63,950 bases of DNA, filler included, from Collodictyon triciliatum (GCA_043381765.1; 28 parts of 28 records of this genome joined end to end with filler, not necessarily neighbours in it), one strand, 5' to 3'; positions 1-12,153 are shown, counted from the whole stretch's first letter. Translations and numbers: made by a program. Notes: generated by a model not told the origin, from the letters alone.

Positions 1-401
1 TTTTTAATATCTTTATCATTTTTGGTCTTTCTTTAATGTTCATTTTATTCATTTTATTCATTTTATTCATTTTATTCATTTTATTCATTTTATTCATTTT
101 ATTCATTTTATTCATTTTATTCATTTTATTCATTTTATTCATTTTATTCATTTCTTTCATTTTATTGTTTCTTTTTGTGAAGATCTACTTTGTTTGTTTA
201 TTTCATGTCAATTGAATTATCTGTCCTTCACATGGTTCAAAATACGATGCATCATGGTGTTATATGATGTTTGTTTGTATTACTCACTTAAGAATCTGCT
301 GATTTTAATTGTCCTTTGTTAAAAAAAAATAATATTTTATCACGTTTATTAATAAAATAGAAAGCATCGACTCATATTTGTGTATTTCTGATGTAAACAG
401 C

Positions 402-1780
402 TTTGTGTTAGTCAGAGAAACTTTATATTGCTGGTCCTGACTGCTGTGGGAATCACCCTTTTTATCTCCGGACTCTTTCAAACTACTTACAGAACTTCTC
501 ATCAAAGAGGAGAGTTGGTTCAAAAGTACAATCGAATCGTTAAGGTAAGCGACAGTTTGCTATGTATTTCTGATATTCTGTGTTTTTTTTCTGAATTCCT
601 TTCTTTTACAGGAATGGGAAAGCACTTACAAAAATCAGCTACAAATTCTCGAACGAGTCTCCTTACACTACGAAAATAGAACAATATGCTTACTTGAGCG
701 ATCAACTTATGTAACAACCCATCTTATTTCTGTTTTTTTTTTCTTACGTTATATAAACGCCTCGAATAAAACATCCCAGTTTTGATAATAGCAGAAAAAT
801 GTGTGCGTGTAAAAGAAAGAAAGAATGAAAGAAATGGCAATATTCTCACCCAAAAATGGCATGGTATGATTTGAAATATAGGCAGATAATATCGCTGAGG
901 ACCACGATGACGTATTTGTATACAGCCCTTTCAAGTTTGTCGGTAGAGTCGATGCCGGATTAATAGAGACTTCATTGGATCCATTCGAGCAAGTAAGCAT
1001 ACAATTAACAATCCAGTACCAACACGGTTTTCCAACGATTATCCTTACTATTTTTCGGTTATGCATATTATTTTATGGCATCTTATTATATTTTGGTGTG
1101 ATATACTTTGAATCAAATAAAGGGGAAAAAATATCTTGGTGTGATACTTTAGGTAAAGACTTCAATAAGGATTCGTGATAAAGAAAAATCTACAAAGATT
1201 CGCCTGCCCATGTTTTCATATGTTCGCTCACGAGTGGTGGAAGCTGCTGATTGGAAAGGTCATAAGCATCCTTTTATTCGTACTGTATGCTATCCTCCCA
1301 TTTCAATCATTATTTATATGCCAAAAATAATGATAAATTTTTTTGTATTCCTTGAATATGGTGATGCAATATTCAGACTGTTTCTACACTCTGCGGGGCA
1401 CTACATTTATGGCTGACCAAACTTGCCGAGTACACGAGGTATACAATTGTTTATTCCGTAAATTTTCGATGGTTTTCTTCGTTCCTTCTGGGCATTATTT
1501 ATTATACATGTCTGTATCACCTTTTTTTCCCGTACTATTGTGGAATGTTTATCCTTCATATTCAATGGTTTGTATGACATAACCTCGCTACACTTTGAAT
1601 CGAATAAAGGGGAAAAAAGCATTCATATTCAATGGTAAAATGTATGAAAGCATAGTAGATATTCATAAATCTTTCTTACAAAATTGATAAATAGATATTG
1701 GACTCTATATGCATCAAAGTTAGTGTTGGTCGCCATAGCCAACGATATCGAAAGGATTGGTCCTCCGATACTCGATTGTA
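402..1780 (+). CDS. Spliced hypothetical membrane protein (fragments, boundaries approximate)
   Basis: Exon-like blocks bounded by AG/GT: hydrophobic FILLVLTAVGITLFISGLF..IVK|gtaag, ADNIAEDHDDVFVYSPFKF..EQ|gtaag, DCFYTLRGTTFMADQTCRVHE|gtatac and ILDSICIKVS. No family recognised. Confidence 0.4.
1088..1146 (+). mobile_element. 27-nt LINE 3'-tail micro-insertion with 16-bp TSD
   Basis: atattttggtgtgata (1088-1103) + tactttgaatcaaataaaggggaaaaa + atatcttggtgtgata (1131-1146). The insert matches the LINE 3' end at 55302-55325 (minus). Confidence 0.75.
1555..1636 (+). mobile_element. 52-nt LINE 3'-tail insertion with perfect 15-bp TSD
   Basis: ttcatattcaatggt at 1555-1569 and 1622-1636 flanks ttgtatgacataacctcgctacactttgaatcgaataaaggggaaaaaagca, which is near-identical to the reverse complement of 55301-55348. 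Confidence 0.85.
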
Positions 1781-2236
1781 ATCATCTCAACTTGCTTCGT
1801 GATTGTCTTTTCACAACATATTATGTCCAAAACAGCCTGGCTTTTCCCATTTTATTCACCGATTTATGTATCTTTTTTCTATTGTAATTCGCACCTAGAA
1901 AGACATCATTGTCGTTCTTTACTTTTCTTCTTTTTTTTTATAAACTTGATGTACGATAACATCCGTGAAATACCAGTGGTGGAATCGGGTGCATGCCTGG
2001 CCCAGGAAATGATTGGAGTTCGTTTAGATACAGACTGATGCCTGCAGAGTATGTTGTTCTCATTTCAAATCATACAGAATTTGATTAAATTAGACTTTTA
2101 CTCCGTTTTCGCTCGGGGTTTGAACTTTTTCTTTCTTTTTCTTTTTCTTTTTCTTTTTCTTTTTCTTTTTCTTTTTCTTTTTCTTTTTCTTTTTCTTTTT
2201 CTTTTTCTTTTTCTTTTTCTTTTTCTTTTTCTTTTT

Positions 2237-2336
2237 NNNNNNNNNNNNNNNNNNNNNNNNNNNNNNNNNNNNNNNNNNNNTTAATTAATTAANNNNNNNN
2301 NNNNNNNNNNNNNNNNNNNNNNNNNNNNNNNNNNNN
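2237..2336. other. Artificial contig-joining linker (N44-TTAATTAATTAA-N44), first of 27
   Basis: Identical 100-nt spacers with stops in all six frames start at 2237, 4570, 6902, 9234, 11566, 13897, 16228, 18560, 20891, 23221, 25550, 27879, 30206, 32532, 34857, 37177, 39503, 41825, 44146, 46467, 48786, 51105, 53423, 55741, 58058, 60375 and 62692. Adjacent contigs are unrelated. Confidence 0.98.
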
Positions 2337-2955
2337 AAATGACACCCTGAACCTTACAGAGGCTCTCTGCGGGTTCGACTTTGTGATTGAACACCTGGAC
2401 GGTCGCCACCTTCACGTCCGCTCCGGTGCTGGCGAGGTCATCAAGCCTGGAGATGTCCGCGGAATTGACAGCGAGGGAATGCCTACATACAAGCGCCCCT
2501 TTGATAAGGGTGTTCTGTTTGTCAAATTTGACGTCACCTTCCCACAGGCCATGGATGCCGCCACCCTTGACGTTAGTGCCCCTTCGCGCCCAACACTACA
2601 TCAAGGGGTTCTAGCCCCACATTCCTATATACACGCACCCACATATCCTGACGTTAGACACATTCACTTCTACCTATGTACAGAAACTCAGCAAGGTGCT
2701 GCCTGGACCGGAAAAGCCTGTGGCCGTGCCAGCCGACTCTGAAGAGGTCAGCCTGCACAAGATCGATCCGTCGAAGAGGTAAGTGCCTTCTCCGAAGATA
2801 CGGTGTCATGAGATGGTATGAAGGCAGTTTCCTTGAACTCAGAGAGATCGGTTTCCCACAGGTCGTCCAGCCACCAAAAGGGCAACGCATACGAGGAGGA
2901 TGACGACGATGAAGGACACCAGGGAGGCCAGCGCGTCCAGTGCGCATCCCAGTAA
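2337..2955 (+). CDS. DNAJA: Type I Hsp40/DnaJ (DNAJA/Ydj1-like), C-terminal three exons
   Basis: Exons 2337-2571, 2684-2778 and 2862-2955 with GT-AG introns. Translation LTEALCGFDFVIEHLDGR..IKPGDVRGIDSEGMPTYKRPFDKGVLFVKFDVTFP..AYEEDDDDEGHQGGQRVQCASQ*, ending in a CAAX prenylation motif. Confidence 0.93.
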
Positions 2956-3560
2956 AACCCGAAGGCTGCTGTAATGCACAGGAAGGGGAAGGGAAGGGAA
3001 GGGAAGGGAAGGGAAGGAACGAGAACAGAGCGCCGAACGAACCTGCCAGTGGGGAGCAGTAAGACTGATGGATAAGGAGAGCTGCTCGACAATCACTGTT
3101 TTTGAGCCTCTCTCTATCTTTCTGTCTGGTTCTTGGCCTCTTCCCCAGGACTGTCCGAACACAACCACAGCCACACAAACGTGCCCCTCGCCCCTCCCAT
3201 GTCCCCTCTACCCCTCCGCCTTTTCTTCCCTCTCTTCTTCTCTCCCTCTCTCTCTCTCCCTCTTTTCCCCCCCCCCCCCCCCCCCCCTCCTCTTTTTGGC
3301 TCCTCTATACACACAGCGAGAGACGCACTCTCACCCTCCTCTCCATCCCCTGCACTCTATCTTATGCCGCCAAGCAAGTATCTGCATATCCCGCGTTGTT
3401 CTAATCCAGACCCGGCGCACTGTATGAACAGAGATGCTCGCAGCTGAATCCGCCCCAGCCGGCCACGCAGCCCGTGCCCATAAAAACTGACCAGCACACA
3501 CAAACGCCACAGGACCGACCGAGCAAACAACCCAACAGAGCCCCAGCGATCGCGGCGGGG

Positions 3561-4298
3561 ATGGACCGAGAGCAGCGGCCGGATCGCCCTGCGCTGCAGA
3601 CGCCGTCGCCAGACATGCTCCTGCTGCACAGCCCCTTCGGCGGAGACGGCTTTTGCGCCCGCCACACACAGACGCAGACACCAGCGCAGACGCAGACGCA
3701 GACGCAGACACAGACGCTCGACAACCACAACCACAGCCACAACCACAGCCACAGCCACACGTTCGGCAGCGCCACGCCCACGGAGGCGGTCTTTGTCGGG
3801 TGCGGGGTGCAGGCCTCTGCGCTGCTGTGCGAGAGTGCGGCGCAGTACGAGGGCTTCCTGCCCGCCCCACACCACGCGCCGCAGAGGCCCGCCCCCCGCC
3901 CCCCGCGCCGTCCGCGCAACTCCACGTGTCGCCAGCTGTTCCCGCTGTGCGTGCGGGGCCGCGCGTGTCTCAATCGCCTGCTGTGGTGCGCACACGGCTG
4001 CCGGCTGCGGCGACAGTGCGAGCGCCTGCCCCACGACCCGTCCGCCGCCCTGCCTGCCTCCCCGCACCCGTGCCCGTGCCACACAGCCACAGCCACAGCC
4101 ACAGCCACAGCCACAGCATGTCCCGCCCGCTTTCCGCTCTGCTGCCGCGGTGTGGATTGTCCAAACAGCCAGCTGTGGTGCCGCGAGCCGCTGGCCAGAG
4201 CGGGCTGCTTCTGGAAGGGTGTCTGTCTCAGCCCACCCGCCCCGCTTGCCGCCCCGCACCCGTGCCAATGCCACCTCACACACCCGCCCCCTGTCTGA
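3561..4298 (+). CDS. Hypothetical Cys/His-rich protein with two tandem copies of a putative Zn-binding module
   Basis: GC-rich intronless ORF from ATG 3561 with two repeats of C-x3-FPLC-x-RG-x2-C-x-N-x2-LWC...GC-x5-C...PHPCxCH. Microsatellite-encoded QT, HS and TA linkers are in frame. Confidence 0.5.
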   Translation: MDREQRPDRPALQTPSPDMLLLHSPFGGDGFCARHTQTQTPAQTQTQTQTQTLDNHNHSHNHSHSHTFGSATPTEAVFVGCGVQASALLCESAAQYEGFLPAPHHAPQRPAPRPPRRPRNSTCRQLFPLCVRGRACLNRLLWCAHGCRLRRQCERLPHDPSAALPASPHPCPCHTATATATATATACPARFPLCCRGVDCPNSQLWCREPLARAGCFWKGVCLSPPAPLAAPHPCQCHLTHPPPV

Positions 4299-4974
4299 TG
4301 GCCTCTGTCTCGTCCCTATGCTATCCTGTCTTTTATTTATATATAATTATTTTTTTTTTATTGCTGTGTAGATAAAGGAATATGTAAATTGTGCAAGAAA
4401 AAGAAAAAGAAAAAGAAAAAGAAAAAGAAAAAGAAAAAGAAAAAGAAAAAGAAAAAGAAAAAGAAAAAGGAAAAGAAAAAGGAAAAGAAAAAGAAAAAGA
4501 AAGGAAAGAGTGATAGGGATGATAGGATCTCTGTGGAAGGTGACCCATGTGTGTTTGTGAGTATCATATNNNNNNNNNNNNNNNNNNNNNNNNNNNNNNN
4601 NNNNNNNNNNNNNTTAATTAATTAANNNNNNNNNNNNNNNNNNNNNNNNNNNNNNNNNNNNNNNNNNNNATGAACTTTGTTTAACGAAGGAGAAAATTAT
4701 AAAGACGAGAAAACCTCGGTGTTACGATTCCCTGGTGCGCATTTGTGAATATATCCGTGGGTCGGCTGTTTTGAAGGAATGTTAATGGAGAAAAGCAATG
4801 CCTTCCTTTTTATTTTTCACCCTTATATATATACATATATATGAAGAACAAAATTCAACAACCAGAAGTCATGCCATCTCCTCATTTAATAATAAGGATT
4901 TGAAGCAAGAAGCGGAAGCAGAGAGAACAAAGAACAGAAGAGATTGAAAAATAAGGGGAAAACGGTTTCGGTAC

Positions 4975-6655
4975 CTTTGAACTTTAAGTTTTATGATATC
5001 CTGTAGTCTATTTTCCAGCCATGTATTTTTCATCTCCCATATTTTGCGAACGATTTGCTTGGAAGGCTCGTCCATTCCTGATTGAAATTCTTTGATTGGC
5101 ATGGTGCGAGATAAACACAAACTATATTTATGCATAAGCATATACAAGTAGTCAAGATATTCTTGTATTTGTAGATTTTGAACGAGTGAATGAAATTAAC
5201 AAGTTTACTCTTTATAAAGTCGCTTTTATTCACAATCAGGAGTTCTGTGTCATTTTCTGCAATCACCATTCCCAACTGCGGGAAACTGGCAATCACGCCT
5301 CCTTCCCCAAACATTTCCCCAGGACCCAAGACAGCCAATTCCAACCTCACTTTACGCTTTTGTGGGGCCATCTAAAGAATAAAATATTAAAATCGTATAT
5401 AAGAAAAAATAAAGAGAGGAAGAAAAGTGAAGGGCCTCGTAATTCCGATAATGTAGTATTAATGGTTTGAAACTGAAGATTCTAGAAAAGTATCAGAGAC
5501 CAGCGAGTATGGAGTTGGTGTGTAGTTTGCGCTCAGATTCTTGAAAAAGACGCTGCTATCTTCCATCAGAAGCCATGGGAACTTAACACATAAATAAAAA
5601 CAGAATTGGACTCCAAGGTAGAGCAAAGCAAAATTGTACGTTTTGATAGAAAAAATTACAATAAGCAATCAAACAGGTGTGCAAAAGGGAAAATTACTGT
5701 GGAGTTTCGGTCGTTCTCCAGCTCGGCTTGGAATATTATTCTGCAAGCTCCTTTGTAGATAAGGTATATATTGTCTGAAATTTCACCCTGTTTTAAAATT
5801 ATTGCTGGACGATGAAGAAAAAAAAAAGGCGATAATGAGTTGTTAGAATAATTAATTCCTGAGTAACTTAATGCACAACCAACATTTTGTAAATTTAAAA
5901 AAAATTAAAAAAAAACATGACAGAGTAAGATGAGGTGTGTTTTTGTCTTGGGAGGAAAAGGTACTTTCAGAGGAGTTGAATGTTTGATTCTTCATAAAGT
6001 GGGAAAATCGGGTAAGCCTCTTTGAGTCCCATGACCGAAAAATACTCATACTTCGAAGAAATATTATTTTGCTTTCAAGTAATTGGACTTGAATTCTCTA
6101 TATTGAAGATAAGGAAGAAATGAGTGAATATTCGAATACAATCAGAAAAGTATGCGTGGTTCAAATAGTTTACATTCAAAAAAAAGTAAAATAAAAATGA
6201 GAACTGGTCATATATCATGACAGTGGAAATAATTTCAGTCAAAATAGCAACGTTAAGAATTGCATAGATATATATAATGGTACGAAATTCACCTTCAAGG
6301 TACGGTCATAGTCTGTTTTGTGAATCTAATGAGCATGGGTATCTTAATTTCTGCATCAATACTGCATAATACTCAGATGGTCATGAGAAAAAGAGTTTGC
6401 ATATTAAATGATAAAATTACTGTAAGGAACTCTGTGTCCTCGACGGCTATGATGCTCGCAGCTCTATTGGTAAGTAGGGATATCAAAATCATGAGTGGCG
6501 TTGATGAAAGAAATGGCGGTATTGAACCAAAATTTCTTGTGAACAGTAAATAACCTTGGTGCTGTAGGGTTTGTCAACAGTGCAAGCTCTCCAAATGCAT
6601 CACCACTTGCCAAAGTTCCCACCAGTCGCCCAAAATCGTACGGTTCGTCGGGCTG
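4975..6655 (-). CDS. Cyclic-nucleotide-binding protein with two cNMP domains, spliced, partial
   Basis: Exons translate to GRLVGTLASGDAFGELALL..PR, AASIIAVEDTEFL, FLRSMSIFRSW, IILKQGEISDNIYLIYKGAC and LAVLGPGEMFGEGGVI..GMVIAENDTELLIVNKSDF. Confidence 0.85.
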
Positions 6656-7669
6656 TGGGCAAAATTCACATATGCATGAACGTTAGATATAATTGATACG
6701 TCGATGAGAATGATTTCAATGAACATGCACTTCAGAATCGGTTTGGGTTTTGTTAAATTTATCCTTTTTTTTCTCTTTTTTTTCTCTTTTTTTTCTCTTT
6801 TTTTCTCTTTTTTTCTCTTTTTTTCTCTTTTTTTTCTCTTTTTTTTCTCTTTTTTTCTCTTTTTTTCTCTTTTTTTCTCTTTTTTTCTCTTTTTTTCTCT
6901 TNNNNNNNNNNNNNNNNNNNNNNNNNNNNNNNNNNNNNNNNNNNNTTAATTAATTAANNNNNNNNNNNNNNNNNNNNNNNNNNNNNNNNNNNNNNNNNNN
7001 NATTTCACCTTGATGCTGAGTCTGCTTTTCAAATACAGCAGTATTAATCAAAAAACTGAAGTTGTGTTGGTGCTTTTGGTTGTTATTCTGAATGGCGGAA
7101 TATGTATCGTTTTTCTTTCAAAGGCCGGCCCTGTTGTTTTGAGACTGTTACTCACACAATTTCTGTCCTTGCTCAACTCTATTTGGGACTTGATTGTTTA
7201 TAATTGGGTTTCAAATTTTATTATCAGAAAGATAATGGGCATGAGACTTCGCAAGGATGTGGAAATGCATGATATTGCTAATCCAAAAGTAGTCGACCAG
7301 TTTTGAATTTTTTTCTTTTCAAGCTATCTCATTTGCCCGCCGATTCTCTCTCATTTTTCAACCATTTTTTAATATCCATTTACTTAAATAAAATGTTATT
7401 TAGACTCTTTCATGGCCACTTTTGAAAGAATATGTAAAATATATGCAAATACAATTGAATTATTTAGCAATAACCATGAAAACGTCGAAGTGATAGTTAG
7501 ACATAAATTTCATCATTTTAAGAAATCGTGCCAATTAAGCTATCCTGTAAAGTATAGATTATATTATTAATATTTTCATTTTTGAATGAATGCATTTATT
7601 GACAGCAAAATAAATGTCCGGTGGTTCCGTCAAAAAGTGCAAAATAAATATGAGATTATGATTTTGATG

Positions 7670-9233
7670 ATGACAGCCAGCTTCCTGCACGGTCGAACTT
7701 GCATCGGGAAACGAAACCTCTCGGTCGATCTTTTGTGGCTGACGTACCACGATCAAAAAGTGCGATTGAGAACGAACTCTTTAAACACGAAGACTGCTTT
7801 GTCCGCCTTCGGGGCAACCAATGGTCTGTTCTCTCTTTCGCAAACCGTAGTATTATGCGCAAGCAAATGCGTGCTGTAAAAGAAGCCAGATATTGCTACG
7901 AGAAGAACCTGACTCTTATGGTTGACCACCCTGCCCTCGGACTCAGAATCGCCTTCCCAAGAAAAGAAAATGCAGCTGCCTTCATTAAAGAGGGGTCTTT
8001 CCAGCTTCTTAATGACCAATACATCCACACGCCAGCAAAAACTGTCACCAAGGTTGCGCACCTGTCTAACATACCGCTGAAGTTGACTAGACTGACATTT
8101 TCGAAGCCTGTAGCGAATACTTCACCCCAATCAAAGTCAACTGGACAAAGCCCGGAGGAATATTCATGATTGATTCACTCGTTATTTTTATACAAAAGAA
8201 CAGGAAAAAATGAGGAAAATACCTACCTTTGTCGTCATTCATGGTAGACGCTGTCGCGTGGAGATAAGCGTCCTCAAAGAGTCTGACATCCCACCAACTC
8301 TCCCCAACAAAGAAGGGAATGACACACGAGGTCAAGCCAGCCAAAAAAAAACAACTACTGTCAAGTCTGTCACTACCAAGCAAAGCGACCACCAAGAAAC
8401 AAAACGGCACCACACACACCTTGGGCTCCAAGACAAAAGTAGTCAACTCTTCTACGCTAAAGACTGGCCAAGTGTGCAGGAATCGTCTGTGCAAAACAAG
8501 CCCAGAGCACAACAACGAGGCCAAAGGCAACGCGCGTCTTCTTCTAACATCAGAGGAAGAAATAGTGACAAGACACCCACGGACAAAGTGCTCGAAGTCT
8601 CATTCAAGACAAAGGTTCAGGGACGGCCCCAAAATCAAGAAATGGATATCAAAAATGGACGAATCATCAGTCGTTTGAAACATGAAAATGTCCACAAATA
8701 AGCTCTATGACAATAATCAACAGAGACACGCAGTTGTAGCGATTCTATGCAAGAAATGGATAGCCAAACTCAATCCTCGCTTCAGAGAGATTATTCCTGG
8801 CCGCTGCATAAGTCTCGATGCCCAAATCGATGGAGCTGACACTCGTATAATGACGACATACATGTCGCTCCAAACAGCAGGTCCAAATACTAGAATACAC
8901 GAGTATGACCTTATCTCTAAGGAGATGGAGTCTGCGAAACGTATCATCATCTGTGGAGACTTCAACGCTCTTCTTGATGCCAGCACCGAGTGGTCTGGGT
9001 CTCGACACGAAATGGCAAACCTTTCGTCGGCTGGACAATCAGACACAAGCTGCAAGACCCTTGGAAGACGCTCAATCCTCACTCTCTAGGAGCAACGTGC
9101 AGAAGACATACAAAAAGCGGCTTCACGTGGAGCAGAATCGACCGCTTCCTCTGCTCAAGGGACTTGCATGCGTGGTTCAAGAAACTTAAAACAGTCTATT
9201 CTGCGCTATCCGACCACAGTGCTATCCTGGCTA
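7670..9233 (+). mobile_element. Degenerate non-LTR retrotransposon (L1/Tx1-like): ORF1 part plus APE endonuclease, frameshifted and internally deleted
   Basis: 7670-8660 is homologous to 28430-29420. The endonuclease motifs IIPGRCISL, IICGDFN, SRIDRFL and SDHSAIL lie across frameshifts. Confidence 0.9.
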
Positions 9234-9333
9234 NNNNNNNNNNNNNNNNNNNNNNNNNNNNNNNNNNNNNNNNNNNNTTAATTAATTAANNNNNNNNNNN
9301 NNNNNNNNNNNNNNNNNNNNNNNNNNNNNNNNN

Positions 9334-9453
<120 letters not shown>

Positions 9454-9510
9454 TGAGATGCTTCAATTCTCATGGACACTTGAAGAAATATATATGTTTC
9501 TTAAAATAAC

Positions 9511-10554
9511 CTTTTGCTGAAGAGCAACAAAACACTCTTTCCGTTGAGATTTGGGTCTTCCAACAATGTAAATAATTCATACAAAGCTGTTGAGATTTGT
9601 GAAGCATTTGATATATCAAACATGTACTAAAAAATAACATTTTTTAGGTACAGAAAATCTAATCAGAACGGTTTCGAATTCTTATGATAAAATTGTTCGT
9701 ATGTGACATAAAATGGCTTTTCTTTTTCTTTCTTCCGTTACAGAAATATTCTCCTTTTGAAAAACATAATCTAATGTATGAGGAATGAAAGAATATGGTA
9801 TACATACAATAACGCATTTTGCGTTGGTGTAATATCTTGGCCAAACTTGCACAAAGGAGCCACCAAGCTCGCGGACAGGAATCGACTTTTTCTTGTAGAC
9901 AATCTGCTCAATCTCTACACCTATCTGGATGATAACAACGAGAATAAGGTAAGAGAAGAATTGGAAATGTATCCAATTAGAAATATTTATCAAGATAAAT
10001 CTATTTATTTGTAAGAAATCATCTTTAAATCGAATAAAGGAATTTTTTTGGAAGAAATCATAAAACTGCTTCTGTCTGGTAAAATGACAAACTGTCGGAG
10101 ACGTGTCTACAAAGTCAGGTTCCACTCCGGTATTTGCATAAGCTGTTCGAATGTCCAAAAGATTTCAAGAAAGTAATTGAATAGAAAACTACGCCAGAAT
10201 TATTTACAACTGTATCAACAGGTATGAGAGGGAAAAAGCAAATGCAACCACAACACATAAATCCAAAACGAGAGAAAGCTAAGAAAATATTGATGAATTC
10301 AGAAAAGAAAAGAAAAAGGAAGCATATGAATTAAAAAAAATAAAAATCAGCTGATTTTTCAGTTCGTTTGGAGGCTTTTGGGATAGTATAGTTCTTACTA
10401 ATTTTTTTATTAATACGTTTACTGAAAAAAGCAAAATACTTCTGGGTATTGTTGAGAATAATTGCAGACCGACGATTCTTTTGAGCAGAAGAGACTTTCC
10501 TGACCCACTCGGGCCGATGATCAGCACTTCTCCAGACGCTCTTTCAGCCGCCAT
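9511..10554 (-). CDS. ARL16: Arf-like small GTPase ARL16, spliced, 3'-partial
   Basis: MAAERASGEVLIIGPSGSGKSLLLKR (P-loop), IPVRELGGSFVQVWPRYY (ELGG replaces DxGG, typical of ARL16) and FDISNASQISTALYELFTLL..SVLLLFSK. Confidence 0.8.
10004..10061 (+). mobile_element. About 20-nt LINE-tail micro-insertion with imperfect TSD in an ARL16 intron
   Basis: tttgtaagaaatcat (10008-10022) + ctttaaatcgaataaaggaa + tttggaagaaatcat (10047-10061). Confidence 0.65.
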
Positions 10555-10839
10555 GGCAAAATGCTGCCTTCTAAAGAAAAAGAAAGGAAAGAAAAGTGCA
10601 TCTCTCTTTAATTTTGAAATAAATTGAATAAAATGAAGAAAAGTAAAAGCAAAACGGTGTGGAAAGGTGGTATTATCCTTGGGAAGAGACGCCGCCTTTC
10701 TCTTTATTCATTTCTTTTTTGTGTGTGTTTTTTGTGTTTTTTGTGTTTTTTTGTGTTTTTTTGTGTTTTGTTTTTTGTTTTTTGTTTTTGTGCTTTTTTG
10801 TGTTTTGTTTTTTGTTTTTTGTTTTTGTGCTCTTGTGTG

Positions 10840-11565
10840 CCAATATTTCTCAACCGAATCCCCATTGCTGAAGATATCATATCCAAAGAGCAGATATGCT
10901 TTATGAACGGAAGGAACATATGTGAGTTTGGCTAGCGAACCAAAGCCAGCATCTCCACCATCCTGCACAACATTGAAAGGAAGAATAAAATAAAAAAATG
11001 AACGGAAGGAACATCGACACAAACATATGGGTTGTCAACAAAGAGTACATGGAATATCAAGTAAGCGGGACACCCCGCGCTATGATTTTCTACGACCTGG
11101 AGAAAGCATATGACTATGTGAACCACGAAGCACTGGAAACCATCCTACACAAAAGAGGCTTCTGTACCGGATTCACCAGTCTTATCAAGAAATTGCACGA
11201 CAATGCAACAGCGAGGGTACTCACGGCACACGGACCTACGGATGCAATTCAAAGACAGAGCGGGGTGTATCAAGGCTGCCCACTTGCACCACTGCTCTTC
11301 AACTTTGTCGCTGACTGCCTTGCAAACCACTTCCGAAACGAAAACAAGGTACGCAACCAACTGCTACTTCAATATGCAGACGACACAGCATTCATCTTGC
11401 GGTCTCCCGAAGGCGCCACACTCGCCAACAAATGCATGCAAGAATACACACGAGCTGTCGGCGGGAAAATCAACTATGACAAGACAGATGGAATTCTTTT
11501 TGGGTTTCAGGATGGACTGATGTTTCCAGGAAACATTGTGTGGAAGTCACCGTCACATCCACTCA
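10840..11565 (+). mobile_element. Non-LTR retrotransposon reverse transcriptase fragment (L1-like), interrupted by a short insertion
   Basis: IISKEQICFMNGRNI|DTNI..IFYDLEKAYDYVNHEAL..GVYQGCPLAPLLFN..LQYADDT..GGKINYDKT. Confidence 0.93.
10903..11014 (+). mobile_element. 78-nt poly(A)-tailed element (family B) with perfect 17-bp TSD, nested in the RT ORF
   Basis: atgaacggaaggaacat at 10903-10919 and 10998-11014. The insert ends catcctgcacaacattgaaaggaagaataaaataaaaaa and is homologous to 26308-26396. Confidence 0.88.
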
Positions 11566-11665
11566 NNNNNNNNNNNNNNNNNNNNNNNNNNNNNNNNNNN
11601 NNNNNNNNNTTAATTAATTAANNNNNNNNNNNNNNNNNNNNNNNNNNNNNNNNNNNNNNNNNNNN

Positions 11666-11758
<93 letters not shown>

Positions 11759-11859
11759 AGAAAAGAAAAAAAAAGAAAAGAAAAAAAAAGAAAAGAAAAG
11801 AAAAAAGAAAAAGAAAGGAAAAGGAAAGAAAAGAAAAGAAAAGAAGAAAAGAAAAAGAG

Positions 11860-11941
<82 letters not shown>

Positions 11942-12153
11942 GAAAGAGAAAAAGAAAGAGAAAAAGAAAAGAAAAAAGAAAAAGAAAAGAAAAAAGAAAA
12001 AAGAAAAAAAGAAAAGAAAAAAAGAAAAGAAAAAAAGAAAAGAAAAAAGAAAAGAAAAGAAAAGAGAAGAAGAAAAAAGAAAAAGAAAAAAGAAAAAGAA
12101 AAAGAAAAAAGAAAAGAAAAAGAAAAAAGAAAAAGAAAAAAGAAAAGAAAAAA
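11666..12153. repeat. Poly(A)/(AAAAG)n purine tract, representative of the microsatellites ending most contigs
   Basis: Seen directly. Other arrays include (AAT)n 9334-9450, (TACA)n 14768-14960, (AAATCAC)n 18433-18559, (GACAAAAT)n 24321-24424, (AAAAACCCAAT)n 37280-37420, (AGATTAGAT)n 55841-55940 and (CA)n 63855-63950. Confidence 0.95.

Noticed and set aside
2281-2292. Recurring palindromic TTAATTAATTAA every 2.3 kb
   Set aside because: It is embedded in fixed N44 runs and is an artificial six-frame-stop linker. No gene-neighbourhood inference across linkers is valid.
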